Source: Candidatus Latescibacterota bacterium | Lineage (GTDB): Bacteria > Latescibacterota > UBA2968 | Reading direction: 5' to 3' | Length of the DNA: 64,000 nt | NCBI GenBank assembly: GCA_965208125.1 | Contig: OZ242320.1 | Coordinates: 1,792,001 to 1,856,000, forward strand | Part shown: in pieces, positions 9,901 to 20,254 of the stretch | How positions within the stretch are numbered: position 1 is the stretch's first letter | Layout: each line of letters begins with the position of its first letter | Translations under genes and position numbers: made by a program | Notes under the pieces: generated by a model | Databases searched by the model: none | What the model was told of the DNA's origin: nothing | Seen by the model: the letters and a program-made list of their open reading frames with translations, nothing else

Positions 9901-10548
9901 ATGAGATACTTTATGGGTATTCTGATATTTGCGGTCCTGTCCTATCCCGCCTCGATTCTTGGGCAATCGACACTCTCTTTTAGGGAGGGCCTGAATCTGG
10001 CAACCCTGAGCGGAGAGATAATGGATAGGCATCCAGTGAATGCACGCGCCACCCTCAAGCTGGGTGTTTCCGGGACTTTTCCAGTACGGGGCAGATTTGG
10101 CTTTCAACTCAATGGTGACTATGTGCAAAAGGGTGCTCATGACTTCTTATACGATTTCATCATAGAAGTTGACTATATTGAGTTTTCTGGGCTGGTCAAT
10201 ATCACACTTATCTCCCCCTATCATGCACCTTCTTTATTTATACTCGCAGGGCCATCAGTAGCATTCAAAGTTAGGAGCGAGGGCGAACAGTTAGCGAGAA
10301 GACACTGGAGAGATCGCTTCGAGTTCAAGACCACAGACTTTGGTATCATTGTAGGACTTGGCACGCAAATGACATTTTCTGAAGCGATGATAATCAAAGC
10401 AGAATTTCTATACACCGAGGGCATTCGATCTATCAACAAAACCGCTCTCTATGATCCTAACTTCAATGCAGAAACCAGTATCAAAAACCGAGCGCTCTCC
10501 GCCTGTGTCGGCCTCGGTTTTCCTTATGGGCGAAGAACGGGAGGTTAA
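9901..10548 (+). CDS. PorT-like outer-membrane beta-barrel protein
   Basis: Signal peptide; YVQKG, DYIE, LAGPSVAF, DFGIIVGLG pattern. Confidence 0.75.
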   Translation: MRYFMGILIFAVLSYPASILGQSTLSFREGLNLATLSGEIMDRHPVNARATLKLGVSGTFPVRGRFGFQLNGDYVQKGAHDFLYDFIIEVDYIEFSGLVNITLISPYHAPSLFILAGPSVAFKVRSEGEQLARRHWRDRFEFKTTDFGIIVGLGTQMTFSEAMIIKAEFLYTEGIRSINKTALYDPNFNAETSIKNRALSACVGLGFPYGRRTGG

Positions 10549-10549
10549 A

Positions 10550-11947
10550 ATGAAATCTGCCATGGCAACATATATTCGCAGGATCCTCGTGGTAGCACTG
10601 GCTACTGGTGTGATGGAAAGCCCTATATGGGGGCAGGAGATTGAGACGGCTGTGACCTCATTTGTGATAGGCGGCGTGACACTTCAGGAAGATGTGAAGA
10701 ACCCACCTGTGCCGAGTGGCATGCAGAGATTTGAAATCACAATGAATAAACCAGTCGTAACTTTTAACGAATTGAGGGAACCTGAAACTTTGCCCTATTT
10801 CGATGGCGACAGCATTGCTATAGCAACTATCACTAAGTACTTTGATATTGACCGAGATTTTATTTCCTATCCTCCTGATCTGATGGTAGAGGTTCTAACT
10901 GCTCCTGACCTATCAGCCAGTGCGGATGGCTTTACATTAACAGGGACTATCAATTTGCCTGACAGTATGAGCTACCAGGTCCTTATTGGTGAGTCGGATT
11001 CAGACCCTATTGATGAACAGCAGCAATATTTCTTTGGGACTTCAGAACTGCCAGATGCTGTTATTTCCGGTATAGGCACCTTACCTGATGGTTTTACAGT
11101 CAACACGCGGTCACACCCAGGCGGAGCCATAATTATTGACCCTGAACGATTTGTGACGGCTTTCCCATACTACCAAGAATGGGATGATCTAATCATATTA
11201 TCTATGGTTCGCATTGCCGATTTCAATGAACAACAGATATTTGAGATAAAACATGTCCCTGATGGCGCTTATGCTATGATAATGGGAGCGGATCTGCTCG
11301 ATTCAGTGGGAAATAGGTTTCAGTCACTTACTCCCAGAGGAATCAATCTTACGACAGGTGAGGTCGATTCTACCGAATTTGTTCATGTCATTGGTGGCAA
11401 AAGTGTAACAGATTTACAAATGATGTTACAGATAGTACCGCGGGATCCAGAGCCACAGATTTCTGAAATTCTGGAGGTCAAGGTTCAAAGCGTCAATGCT
11501 GAAACAAAATCGTTTGTCATTCAACCTGGCAACCAACAGATACAGATAGATGCTTCAGAGGCCCTGGCAGTTTCCCCAGGCCAAATAAGTGCTGAGGAGA
11601 TCCTCAAGATCTTTTTGTTTCATAATCCTGATGATTTCGCACGAATCATTTTTCCTATTACCGACCTGATGGTAGGAGATACCGTTTCTCTCCTGGGAAC
11701 ATACACTTCTGAAACGATGTTCCAGGCCTTTATAGTAATCCGCCATGAATCGCCTCTGGCACGGAATGGAGATATAGATGGGGACGGAGATGTCGATTTC
11801 TCTGATTTTCTACTTTTTACTTCTGCCTTTGGCACAATTGAAGGGGAACCAGAATACAATCCCGCGGCAGATTTGGACGGGGATGGTGCGGTCGTATTCT
11901 CAGACTTTCTGATATTTGCCAGTGCCTTCGGCAAACCCGTGGGTTAG
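10550..11947 (+). CDS. Secreted protein with C-terminal EF-hand/dockerin-like pair
   Basis: GGAGG RBS; GDIDGDGDVDFSDFLLF and ADLDGDGAVVFSDFLIF. Confidence 0.75.
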   Translation: MKSAMATYIRRILVVALATGVMESPIWGQEIETAVTSFVIGGVTLQEDVKNPPVPSGMQRFEITMNKPVVTFNELREPETLPYFDGDSIAIATITKYFDIDRDFISYPPDLMVEVLTAPDLSASADGFTLTGTINLPDSMSYQVLIGESDSDPIDEQQQYFFGTSELPDAVISGIGTLPDGFTVNTRSHPGGAIIIDPERFVTAFPYYQEWDDLIILSMVRIADFNEQQIFEIKHVPDGAYAMIMGADLLDSVGNRFQSLTPRGINLTTGEVDSTEFVHVIGGKSVTDLQMMLQIVPRDPEPQISEILEVKVQSVNAETKSFVIQPGNQQIQIDASEALAVSPGQISAEEILKIFLFHNPDDFARIIFPITDLMVGDTVSLLGTYTSETMFQAFIVIRHESPLARNGDIDGDGDVDFSDFLLFTSAFGTIEGEPEYNPAADLDGDGAVVFSDFLIFASAFGKPVG

Positions 11948-12016
11948 AAGTACGGTATGACACAATAAACAGCCCAAGGACTGACCCCCAGGAATGTTTT
12001 CCATTTCTCTAAAATG

Positions 12017-12050
12017 AAAAGAGTGAGTTCTTTTTGGCTCGCTCTTTTTT
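12017..12050 (+). terminator. Rho-independent terminator
   Basis: AAAAGAGTGAG…CTCGCTCTTTTTT. Confidence 0.55.
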
Positions 12051-12163
12051 GCTAAAATGCTTCGTTGTGCCGCGCGAAGCATAATTTAATACGGCTCGTT
12101 GACACCCTTTTGGATTTGGGCTATATTGCACAAATAAGAAATGTGAATTGGAGAATTTAAGTC

Positions 12164-12403
12164 ATGAATACTTATCGCAGGCGTCTTGTAGTCCAAGACC
12201 CCAAACAGATTGTGCTTTCTGATGTTCCTTTTCAAACAGGTCAAGAAGTAGAAATTACCCTGCGTTCAATAGAGCAGCCTACAGTAGAGCGGAAGAATGA
12301 GTTACGCGCCCTGTTAAAGAAGACGCAATCACTTCCCCAAATTCAAACCCTCACAGAAGAGGATATTCTTGCTGAAATTGAAGCCTATCGGAAAGGCCAA
12401 TGA
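12164..12403 (+). CDS. Putative antitoxin of PIN toxin
   Basis: 79 aa; ATGA overlap with PIN gene; C-terminal TEEDILAEIEAYR. Confidence 0.65.
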   Translation: MNTYRRRLVVQDPKQIVLSDVPFQTGQEVEITLRSIEQPTVERKNELRALLKKTQSLPQIQTLTEEDILAEIEAYRKGQ

Positions 12404-12813
12404 TAGTAGTCATTGATACAAGCGTTCTGGTCTCGGCTGCATTTCGTGACCGCACACCCGAAGAAGTGATTCTGTTTGTTACCGGGCAAGACGCCTTTCA
12501 TTGGATTGTTTCTGATGAAATTTTAGCTGAATATCGAGAGGTTTTAAGTCGCCCTAAATTTGATCTGTCAGAAGAAATTTTGAATCAATGGATAGAAATG
12601 CTGGAATTATCCACAATCGAAATAGATGTTGACTTAGAAATTGATTTTCCAAGAGATCGCAAAGACGCCAAATTCATCGCCTGTGCCCTTGCTGCACAAG
12701 CGAATTTTTTTATTACTGGAGATCATGATTTCAGCGAGGCACAGCAGATGATGAATACAACAATTATATCCGTGTCGCTTTTTAAAAGGACTGTGTGTGA
12801 TAACTGGATATAA
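12400..12813 (+). CDS. PIN-domain toxin (VapC-like)
   Basis: VVIDTSVLVSA, RDRKDAKFIACA, ITGDHD. Confidence 0.9.
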   Translation: MIVVIDTSVLVSAAFRDRTPEEVILFVTGQDAFHWIVSDEILAEYREVLSRPKFDLSEEILNQWIEMLELSTIEIDVDLEIDFPRDRKDAKFIACALAAQANFFITGDHDFSEAQQMMNTTIISVSLFKRTVCDNWI

Positions 12814-12908
12814 TCATTTAATTGATAGGGACGTAGGATGACACAGGAACAAAATGAGAAAGTCCAAATGCGGGGGCTTGTAGATTACTGCATCATATCT
12901 TTTAGCAA

Positions 12909-13409
12909 CTACTGAGTCTTTATCGGCAATGTAAGTTGCATCCTGAATGTGGTACTTTTGTCTTCGACGCTAAGATCAGTGCGGATTTTTGGATTGTCTT
13001 TATTTCTGATTGATATATTGCAAGGGGCTGTAAATATCACCTGTCGGTGGGCTTGTTGGTTGATCTCAACGAGACCGGGAAAAATATTAATCACAGCGCG
13101 TTGATTAATCTCGCGAACAATGTCAAAGGAACCGTACTCGCTTATGACGCCCTCAGCCAGGCCACCCACTCGCCTACAGGTCTCGACTGCGGCTTTTACA
13201 GAGGAATACTGCTGATTAACAGTGAATTTGACAAACTTTTGATCATTTTCAAACCTTGCAAGAGCGTCCAAACCCCACAACTTCCCCTTATAGCTCCCCT
13301 TATCTGGTCCCACTTCTACTTTTTTCCATGATTCTTCTGCTCGGATGGATGACGTATGCGACATCACCAAAAAGAAACATAGTGTTGCCAAAATCACACT
13401 GGTCCTCAT
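12909..13409 (-). CDS. Hypothetical exported protein
   Basis: GGGAGG RBS after nadE stop; signal peptide MRTSVILATLCFFLV…A. Confidence 0.6.
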   Translation of the reverse strand: MRTSVILATLCFFLVMSHTSSIRAEESWKKVEVGPDKGSYKGKLWGLDALARFENDQKFVKFTVNQQYSSVKAAVETCRRVGGLAEGVISEYGSFDIVREINQRAVINIFPGLVEINQQAHRQVIFTAPCNISIRNKDNPKIRTDLSVEDKSTTFRMQLTLPIKTQ

Positions 13410-13422
13410 AGCATCCTCCCAC

Positions 13423-15150
13423 CTAATATTCCCGACACCGATTCGTAATCGGCAAGCGCCTATCGCGTCCAAATGCGCGGGGCGTAATCTTGATACCTGG
13501 CGGTGCCTGGCGGCGTTTGTACTCGTTGATATCAACCGTGCGGATAACCCGCATAACGAGTTCCTCGTCATATCCCAGCGCAATAATATCTTGCAAACTG
13601 GTATCGTCCTCCACATACGCTTTGAGAATCGGATCCAGCACCGGATAAGGCGGCAAACTATCCGTATCTTTCTGATCATCGCGCAACTCAGCCGTGGGTG
13701 GTCGCTCGATAATCGAAAGGGGAATAACGGGATGATCCGACAGACCATTGCGATAATGCGCCAGATCGTAAACAAGCGTCTTGTAAATATCCTTAATAAC
13801 CGCAAACCCACCCGCCATATCCCCGTAAAGCGTCGCATAGCCCATACTCAACTCGCTCTTATTCCCCGGAGCCAGCACCAGCGCGCGGAACTTATTGGCA
13901 AGCGCCATCAGCAAAGTACCCCGAATGCGCGGCTGGATATTCTCCTCTGCAGTATCAGAAGGCAAATCGCCAAACTCATCCGCAAGAAGACCGAGATACT
14001 GGTCGAACAACCTTTGAATCGGCAACGTCAGAATGCGAATATCGAGATTGCCCGCCATCTGCAAGGCATCGTTAAACGTACCCTCTGAAGAGAACTGAGT
14101 CGGCATCGTCACACACACCACATTCTCTCTCCCCAGCGCATCATAGGCAACAGCCGTGACAAGCGCCGAATCAATCCCGCCAGACAACCCGATAAAAACC
14201 TTCTCAAACCCATTCTTCACAACATAATCGCGCGTACCCAGAACAAGCGCATGGTAAATATTCTTGAGACGCTCATCTGGACGCGGAAAATCCGGTCTCT
14301 CAGGCGGAGAAAGACACACAGATTTGGGTTTCAGATCGGGCAGATCAATGGCGGTCGGAGAAGAAACATCGCGTTTCTCCTTGCGCCGACGCGAATCGTG
14401 CAGACGATTGCGAAAAACAGCCTCAACATCAACATCCGCCATCAGCAGATCTTCCGCAAACCGGGGAGACCGCGCAATAACGCGCCCTTCCTGATCGACA
14501 ATCAAACTGCCCCCATCAAAAATCAACTCATCCTGCCCACCGACCAGATTGCAAAAAGCCAGAACAGCACTATTATCCGTCGCGCGCGTAGCAATCATCT
14601 GCTCGCGCAACAACTCTTTGCCATCGTGGAAAGGGGAGGAAGAAATATTGATCAGCACCTCGGCATCGCCGGCAAGTGCTTGCTCTCGAGCGGGACCGCC
14701 GGGATACCAGATATCTTCGCAGATCGTAACCCCAAACGCGATGCCATTGAGGCGGTACACCCCTGCGGTCTTGCCAGATTGGAAATAGCGGTCTTCGTCA
14801 AAGACCCCGTAATTGGGCAAATAGGTCTTGTGATAAACATCGATCAAGCGCCCGTCGCAAGCAATCGCTGCGGCATTGTAGATATCGTCGTGACGATCCA
14901 CAAATCCGAAAATCGCAGCAATACCCTGCGTCGCCCGAACGAGTTCGTTCAACACATCGAGGTTGGATTGGATAAACCGGGGCTTAAACAGCAAATCCTC
15001 GGGCGGATAGCCCGGAATCGCAAGCTCGGGAAAAACGACAACATGCGCCCCCGAATCGCGTGCTCTGTGAACATAGTCGAGAATCTTTTCACGGTTGCCC
15101 GCAAGATCACCAACGGTGACATTAATCTGCGATAGGGCAAGGCGGATCAC
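13423..15150 (-). CDS. nadE: Glutamine-dependent NAD+ synthetase
   Basis: Nitrilase domain (FPEL, ICEDIW) plus GLSGGIDSA, ENIQPRIRG, GNKSE, INEYKRRQAPPG. Confidence 0.97.
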   Translation of the reverse strand: MIRLALSQINVTVGDLAGNREKILDYVHRARDSGAHVVVFPELAIPGYPPEDLLFKPRFIQSNLDVLNELVRATQGIAAIFGFVDRHDDIYNAAAIACDGRLIDVYHKTYLPNYGVFDEDRYFQSGKTAGVYRLNGIAFGVTICEDIWYPGGPAREQALAGDAEVLINISSSPFHDGKELLREQMIATRATDNSAVLAFCNLVGGQDELIFDGGSLIVDQEGRVIARSPRFAEDLLMADVDVEAVFRNRLHDSRRRKEKRDVSSPTAIDLPDLKPKSVCLSPPERPDFPRPDERLKNIYHALVLGTRDYVVKNGFEKVFIGLSGGIDSALVTAVAYDALGRENVVCVTMPTQFSSEGTFNDALQMAGNLDIRILTLPIQRLFDQYLGLLADEFGDLPSDTAEENIQPRIRGTLLMALANKFRALVLAPGNKSELSMGYATLYGDMAGGFAVIKDIYKTLVYDLAHYRNGLSDHPVIPLSIIERPPTAELRDDQKDTDSLPPYPVLDPILKAYVEDDTSLQDIIALGYDEELVMRVIRTVDINEYKRRQAPPGIKITPRAFGRDRRLPITNRCREY

Positions 15151-15162
15151 GTTTCCGACCCT

Positions 15163-16986
15163 CTAATAATTGGAGTAGAAGAAGTGACGGTAATCAACAA
15201 TGTCGGCATTCTCCCGCAAATCGGCAAACCAGGCCGTGAAAATCTCCTGGTGTTTTTGTGAGAGCACCTGCTGCAACAACGTCCCTTTTGCCGACGCTAA
15301 ACCCGTTTCATCAACAGATTGTTTTTCTTCTACGCGCAAAATATAAGCCCCGCGGTCCGTTTTGACGATCTCGCTCGTCTGACCCGTTGACAGACGAAAT
15401 GCCGCGCCCACAAAAGCATTGCGACTGCCCACACTGGGAACAAAGCCCGTGCGCGCAAAAGGCTGCGGTGTCTGAACCGTGAGATTGAAAAACTCGGCCG
15501 CCTCCTCGAGCGTTTTGCCCGTCTTGATCTGCCCCATCACCTCGTCCAGCCGACCGGCTGCAACCTCGACCTTCTTTTTGTTCTTCAAACGCATCTCAAC
15601 CTGCGGTTTAACCTCGTCCAGAGGCCGGGGACCTGCCTCGCGGATCTCCCGCAAAGCGAAAACGTGAATACCCTGGTCATTTTCATAAACACTGGAAACA
15701 TCCCCTGGAGAACTGTGCAAGAATTTGTTCACCAGACCCGATGTGCTATTGCCCAGCAGGGGGAAAAAGCTCCCAGCGGTAATAAACTCCGAATCCTGAC
15801 TCTGCAAATCCCTCTGGTTGACAGCCGAGTCAAACCCGACATCCTCGGCTATTTCTGCAAACTCTTCGGCAACCACGCGCAAACTGTCGAGCGTATCGCG
15901 CCCGGGGCGCACCTCAATGAGAATATGCCGCGCGTGAACCTCGAGACTATCCGCCGCACCGCGCGTCTCCTCCACCTTAATCACATGCCAGCCAAACTGC
16001 GTTTTAACCGGATCGGATATTTCCCCTGCTTTGAGCGCAAAAGCCGCATCTTCAAAAGGCTTGACCATACGCCCCCTCCCAAAGAAGCCGAGATCGCCAC
16101 CGCGCGGGCCACTTGGACCATCGGAATACGCCCTGGCGAGTTCGGCAAAATCCTCACCGGCTTTAGCCTCGGCGAAAACCCGATCAATCTCGGCTTTGGC
16201 TTCGGCTTCATCGCGTGCGGTCGCTATTTTGGGCAATGAAATAAACGCTGCGCGTATGGCGGCATCTTCCTCGTATTCGTCCCGATGGCCTTCGTAATAA
16301 GTCTGAATCTCAGCATCCGCGACCAGCGCGAGCGAGTCGGGAATGGCATTGACATCAAAACCGACATAAGACACGCGCACTTTTTCATTCCGTTCGATAT
16401 ACGCCTGCTCGATCTCCGCATCGGTAACTTTGACCGAACCTACAATGAGCGTTTCGAGCTTTTGCGAAAGCAACTGACTTCGCGCATTCTCTTCGGCGAA
16501 CAGAACAAACTGTTTCATTCGGGGATCGCTGTACGTGCTGGGATCGTCGAGAAATTGGTTATATTTAGCCGGATCAAATACGCCATCGGTCTGAAAAAAT
16601 TCTTGTTGTTGTATCCACTCGGCGGGTTGTGTGCGGTTGATGTGATTGACTTCAGTATCGGAAACAGTAATGCCGTACTTCGCAATTTGTTGCCCAAACA
16701 GGATTTGCGTAACCACGCGTTCCCAGGTCTGCGAAATAATCTGGCTCACATCGGGATCTTCATTGCCTTGCGCCCTGGCCTGTTGAAGGCCATTTTGGAC
16801 TTCGGCCTCAAACTGCTTCACAGAAATATCCTGACCATTCACAGAACCGATATTATCACCAATAGCGGCAAACCCCCGACTGCTAAAATCAGCCCCCCAT
16901 TCAAACACCATAAGGCCCACAAAAGCAACCGCAACAATAATCATCATCGCCTTGATAAAAGTAGCACTACGCATTTGAGCGAGCAT
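15163..16986 (-). CDS. SurA/PpiD-like parvulin peptidyl-prolyl isomerase
   Basis: N-terminal TM, SurA-N-like region, [10 protein letters not shown]…GGDLGFF…FGWHVIKV. Confidence 0.9.
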   Translation of the reverse strand: MLAQMRSATFIKAMMIIVAVAFVGLMVFEWGADFSSRGFAAIGDNIGSVNGQDISVKQFEAEVQNGLQQARAQGNEDPDVSQIISQTWERVVTQILFGQQIAKYGITVSDTEVNHINRTQPAEWIQQQEFFQTDGVFDPAKYNQFLDDPSTYSDPRMKQFVLFAEENARSQLLSQKLETLIVGSVKVTDAEIEQAYIERNEKVRVSYVGFDVNAIPDSLALVADAEIQTYYEGHRDEYEEDAAIRAAFISLPKIATARDEAEAKAEIDRVFAEAKAGEDFAELARAYSDGPSGPRGGDLGFFGRGRMVKPFEDAAFALKAGEISDPVKTQFGWHVIKVEETRGAADSLEVHARHILIEVRPGRDTLDSLRVVAEEFAEIAEDVGFDSAVNQRDLQSQDSEFITAGSFFPLLGNSTSGLVNKFLHSSPGDVSSVYENDQGIHVFALREIREAGPRPLDEVKPQVEMRLKNKKKVEVAAGRLDEVMGQIKTGKTLEEAAEFFNLTVQTPQPFARTGFVPSVGSRNAFVGAAFRLSTGQTSEIVKTDRGAYILRVEEKQSVDETGLASAKGTLLQQVLSQKHQEIFTAWFADLRENADIVDYRHFFYSNY

Positions 16987-17160
16987 TGGGACTTCTCCTC
17001 CAGATAGGATCAGGATAAACAGGATTTACAGGATTATGCAGGATGCCACCCAGCCACACCAATTTTGTAATCTACTTGTTGGACTTTGTACTGGCAAGGT
17101 TTTTTTCTACAAATGCAAGCCAATACAGCTTCTTGACGGAGGTCGGCAAAAGTCATATAC

Positions 17161-17349
17161 TGAGAAGTGAGAAGTGAGAAGGAAGAAGTGAGAAAGCCAC
17201 CCTACACCACTCAAAAACGGGTGTCTTATCCTACTTCCTACTTCACACTTCATCCTTCACACTTCATCCTTCACACTTCATCCTTCACACTTCATCCTTC
17301 ACACTTCATCCTTCACACTTCATCCTTCACACTTCATCCTTCACACTTC
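17161..17349. repeat. Heptamer-based short tandem repeats
   Basis: (TGAGAAG)n at 17161-17195; (CTTCACACTTCATC) ~7.8 copies at 17241-17349. Confidence 0.9.
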
Positions 17350-17351
17350 GC

Positions 17352-19367
17352 ATGCTCCGTCTATCTGCCATAAGTTGTATTCTCCTATCCCTCCTCACAA
17401 CTGCACACACAGAAAACTATCACTGGCCCATGGATGCCCCCCCGGCATTGACATCGACCTTTGGCGAATATCGGGGTGGGCGATTGCACGCGGCCATCGA
17501 CTTGAAAACCTATGGCAAAGAAGGATATCCCGTAACAGCAGTAGCCGATGGATACGTCTGGCGGATCCGCACATCGCCCTGGGGATACGGCAGGGTGGTA
17601 TATGTTCAACTCGACAATGGCCTGTTCGCGCTCTGGGCGCATTTATCCGGATTTTCCAAACGCATCGAAAAATACGTGCAGCAAGAGCAAGACCGCCGCG
17701 GAACATACAGCGTAAATCTGTATTTCCGCCCCGATCAAATCCCCGTCAAGCGCGGAGAAATAGTGGGATATTCGGGCAGCACGGGCATTGGCGTACCGCA
17801 TCTGCATTTTGAATTGCGCGACGCGAAACACCGCCCCATAAATCCCCTGCTCCATGGATTTGATATCAAAGACACCATATCCCCAACCATACAGGCAATC
17901 GGCCTCGCACCCTTAAACGCAAATGCCCGGGTCAAAGGCGGACACAAGCCAGTGTCACATCGCCTCGCCTATCGAACAAAAGAAAATATCTTCACACATC
18001 CCGATACCATAGCAGTCTGGGGTCCCATTGGCATTGGCTTGAAAGTATTTGACCGCGCAAATGACTCGCAACTAACAAATCGATTGGCCCCTTACCGCAT
18101 GAGACTCCTGGTAAATGGCGAAGAGATATTTCAAAAAACCTGTGGCCTATTTGGATACGACGTAACCCGCCACGGAGAACTCGCCTATGACTTTTACATG
18201 AGCCGCCGCGGCCTGGGGCGATTTCACAGCCTGTATCGCAAACCCGGCAACCGCCTGCCTTTCTACGGCGATCACAAAGTGGGATCAGGCGTATTATTTG
18301 CGGGAACAAAAACCGACGGTGCGGGACATGAACTCTCGCCGGGCGTACATCGTCTGCAGATCATTGCCGAAGACGTAAAGGGAAACCGCGCAACAGCAAT
18401 CGTATTTCTCCGGGTGCAGAACGCGGATAGAATATTCCCCTCAAAAAATTCACCACAACAAAGCAGCACCCCGAAAATAACCAGCAAAATATCCTACTTC
18501 CCCACCTTTGCAGTTATCTACATCACAGCCAATCAGACACTGTCAGAAATACCAACCGTACGAGCACAACTTTCCAAACAATGGACGCGAAACCTCGCAG
18601 TTCAACAGACAGGTTTGAAAACATATCAGGTTGTCATTCCATTTGATGAAAAGCACGCCCACGACATAGACCTGCAAATTGAAACAGCCGGACAAACACA
18701 GAAACTGTGGATCATCCAGCAAACCGTCACACAAGATGGCGGAGAAATGCGCTCGGATGACGGACTGGTGCGGGTGCGATTTGAGAAAGAGGGCGTTTAC
18801 AAAACCTTATATGGACGCATAGTATCTGAAAGCCGGATAAAGGACAAACGAATGGTGGGAGCCGCATTTCGAATAATGCCCGAAGATGTCGCATTCAAAG
18901 GGGCGGAGATCGCGTTTATCTACCCTCCTGATCATCCCAATATAGACAAACTCGGCATTTACAAATGGAATGGAAAAAATAGCTGGACTTTTATCGATAA
19001 GGAACGCGATTCAAAGACAGGTGCTATAACGGGAAACGTGAGAAACTTTGGTGTATTTGCATTGCTCGCCGACACTGTACCCCCCAGAATTGCCAGCATA
19101 ACCCCTGCCAACGGCACAGCACTCACACAGCGCCAACCCAGAGTTGCAGCTTCTGTGTGGGATACCTCTTCGGGTATTTGGCGAGAGGAAGATATGGTGA
19201 TGCGCATCGACGGCAAAGCTCTCATTGTAGAATATGACCCGGAAGAAAATCGCATCTTTGCCAAACCGCGAAAACCCCTGACACCCGGAGCGCATAAACT
19301 GGAAGTCATCGTACGCGACATCTGTGGCAATGAATCGCGACGCACCACCACATTCAGGATCAAATAG
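17352..19367 (+). CDS. M23 family metallopeptidase, large exported form
   Basis: HAAIDLK (HxxxD), WAHL, GSTG…PHLHFE. Confidence 0.9.
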   Translation: MLRLSAISCILLSLLTTAHTENYHWPMDAPPALTSTFGEYRGGRLHAAIDLKTYGKEGYPVTAVADGYVWRIRTSPWGYGRVVYVQLDNGLFALWAHLSGFSKRIEKYVQQEQDRRGTYSVNLYFRPDQIPVKRGEIVGYSGSTGIGVPHLHFELRDAKHRPINPLLHGFDIKDTISPTIQAIGLAPLNANARVKGGHKPVSHRLAYRTKENIFTHPDTIAVWGPIGIGLKVFDRANDSQLTNRLAPYRMRLLVNGEEIFQKTCGLFGYDVTRHGELAYDFYMSRRGLGRFHSLYRKPGNRLPFYGDHKVGSGVLFAGTKTDGAGHELSPGVHRLQIIAEDVKGNRATAIVFLRVQNADRIFPSKNSPQQSSTPKITSKISYFPTFAVIYITANQTLSEIPTVRAQLSKQWTRNLAVQQTGLKTYQVVIPFDEKHAHDIDLQIETAGQTQKLWIIQQTVTQDGGEMRSDDGLVRVRFEKEGVYKTLYGRIVSESRIKDKRMVGAAFRIMPEDVAFKGAEIAFIYPPDHPNIDKLGIYKWNGKNSWTFIDKERDSKTGAITGNVRNFGVFALLADTVPPRIASITPANGTALTQRQPRVAASVWDTSSGIWREEDMVMRIDGKALIVEYDPEENRIFAKPRKPLTPGAHKLEVIVRDICGNESRRTTTFRIK

Positions 19368-19369
19368 CC

Positions 19370-20056
19370 ATGATGATTCCCCTCAAAGACGAAACCCCTT
19401 CTGGTCGTATCCCCGTATTGATGATCGGCATTTTGCTGACCAACGTGGGCATCTTTGTGTACGCCTGGTTATTGGGTGACATTGGATTTCATGTACTCAA
19501 CGCGCGATATGGGGCAATCCCCTTTGAAATAATGCAAGGCGTTGACGCGATCTCTCCCACACCCATCCCAATATATCTCACGCTATTATCGTCGATATTT
19601 ATGCACGGCGGCATATTACATCTGGGCGGCAACATGCTGTATTTGTGGATCTTTGGGAACAATATAGAAGCGGCACTGGGGCATGCGCGATTCTTATTTT
19701 TCTATTTATTTTGCGGAGTAATAGCAACACTATCACATGTGATATCCGAACCGGAATCCACCATACCAATGGTGGGAGCCAGCGGTGCGATTGCGGGAAT
19801 ATTAGGAGGCTATTTGGCGGCATATCCCGGCGCGCGAATACTGGTACTCGTATTTTATTTTATCCTTCGCGTACCAGCCCTGATCGTACTCGGTGGCTGG
19901 TTTGTCATTCAATTGCTCAACGCCTCAAGCGCCAGCAGCACAAGCGACGTGGCCTGGTTCGCCCACATCGCCGGATTTGTCGTGGGCTATGTGCTCATGC
20001 GGCAATGGAAGAACAAAATCCCGGCCAAAAGAGTATATGAGCAGTGGGAGTATTAA
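19370..20056 (+). CDS. Rhomboid intramembrane serine protease
   Basis: FMHGGILHLGGNM, GASGA, AHIAGF. Confidence 0.95.
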   Translation: MMIPLKDETPSGRIPVLMIGILLTNVGIFVYAWLLGDIGFHVLNARYGAIPFEIMQGVDAISPTPIPIYLTLLSSIFMHGGILHLGGNMLYLWIFGNNIEAALGHARFLFFYLFCGVIATLSHVISEPESTIPMVGASGAIAGILGGYLAAYPGARILVLVFYFILRVPALIVLGGWFVIQLLNASSASSTSDVAWFAHIAGFVVGYVLMRQWKNKIPAKRVYEQWEY

Positions 20057-20254
20057 CAGCGGATCAGGATGATCGGGATTAAAAGATGATCAGGATATTT
20101 CTCAGCGGTCAAAAAAAGTGGCGTGCTAAAAGAAAGAGCACGCCATTGTCGTATCAATGATACGACAATCTCGGATTGCCAAACGCTTCAACCAATTATC
20201 TCTACACTGTCGAGACAATTGTTGCGACAGTGTAGCAACAATCTCCTAATTTCT

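Noticed and set aside
13410-13838. Extended start of ORF 12909-13838
   Set aside because: Overlaps nadE out of frame; RBS and signal peptide indicate 13409.
17241-17349. CRISPR array
   Set aside because: Pure 14-bp tandem repeat without unique spacers; no cas genes in the window.
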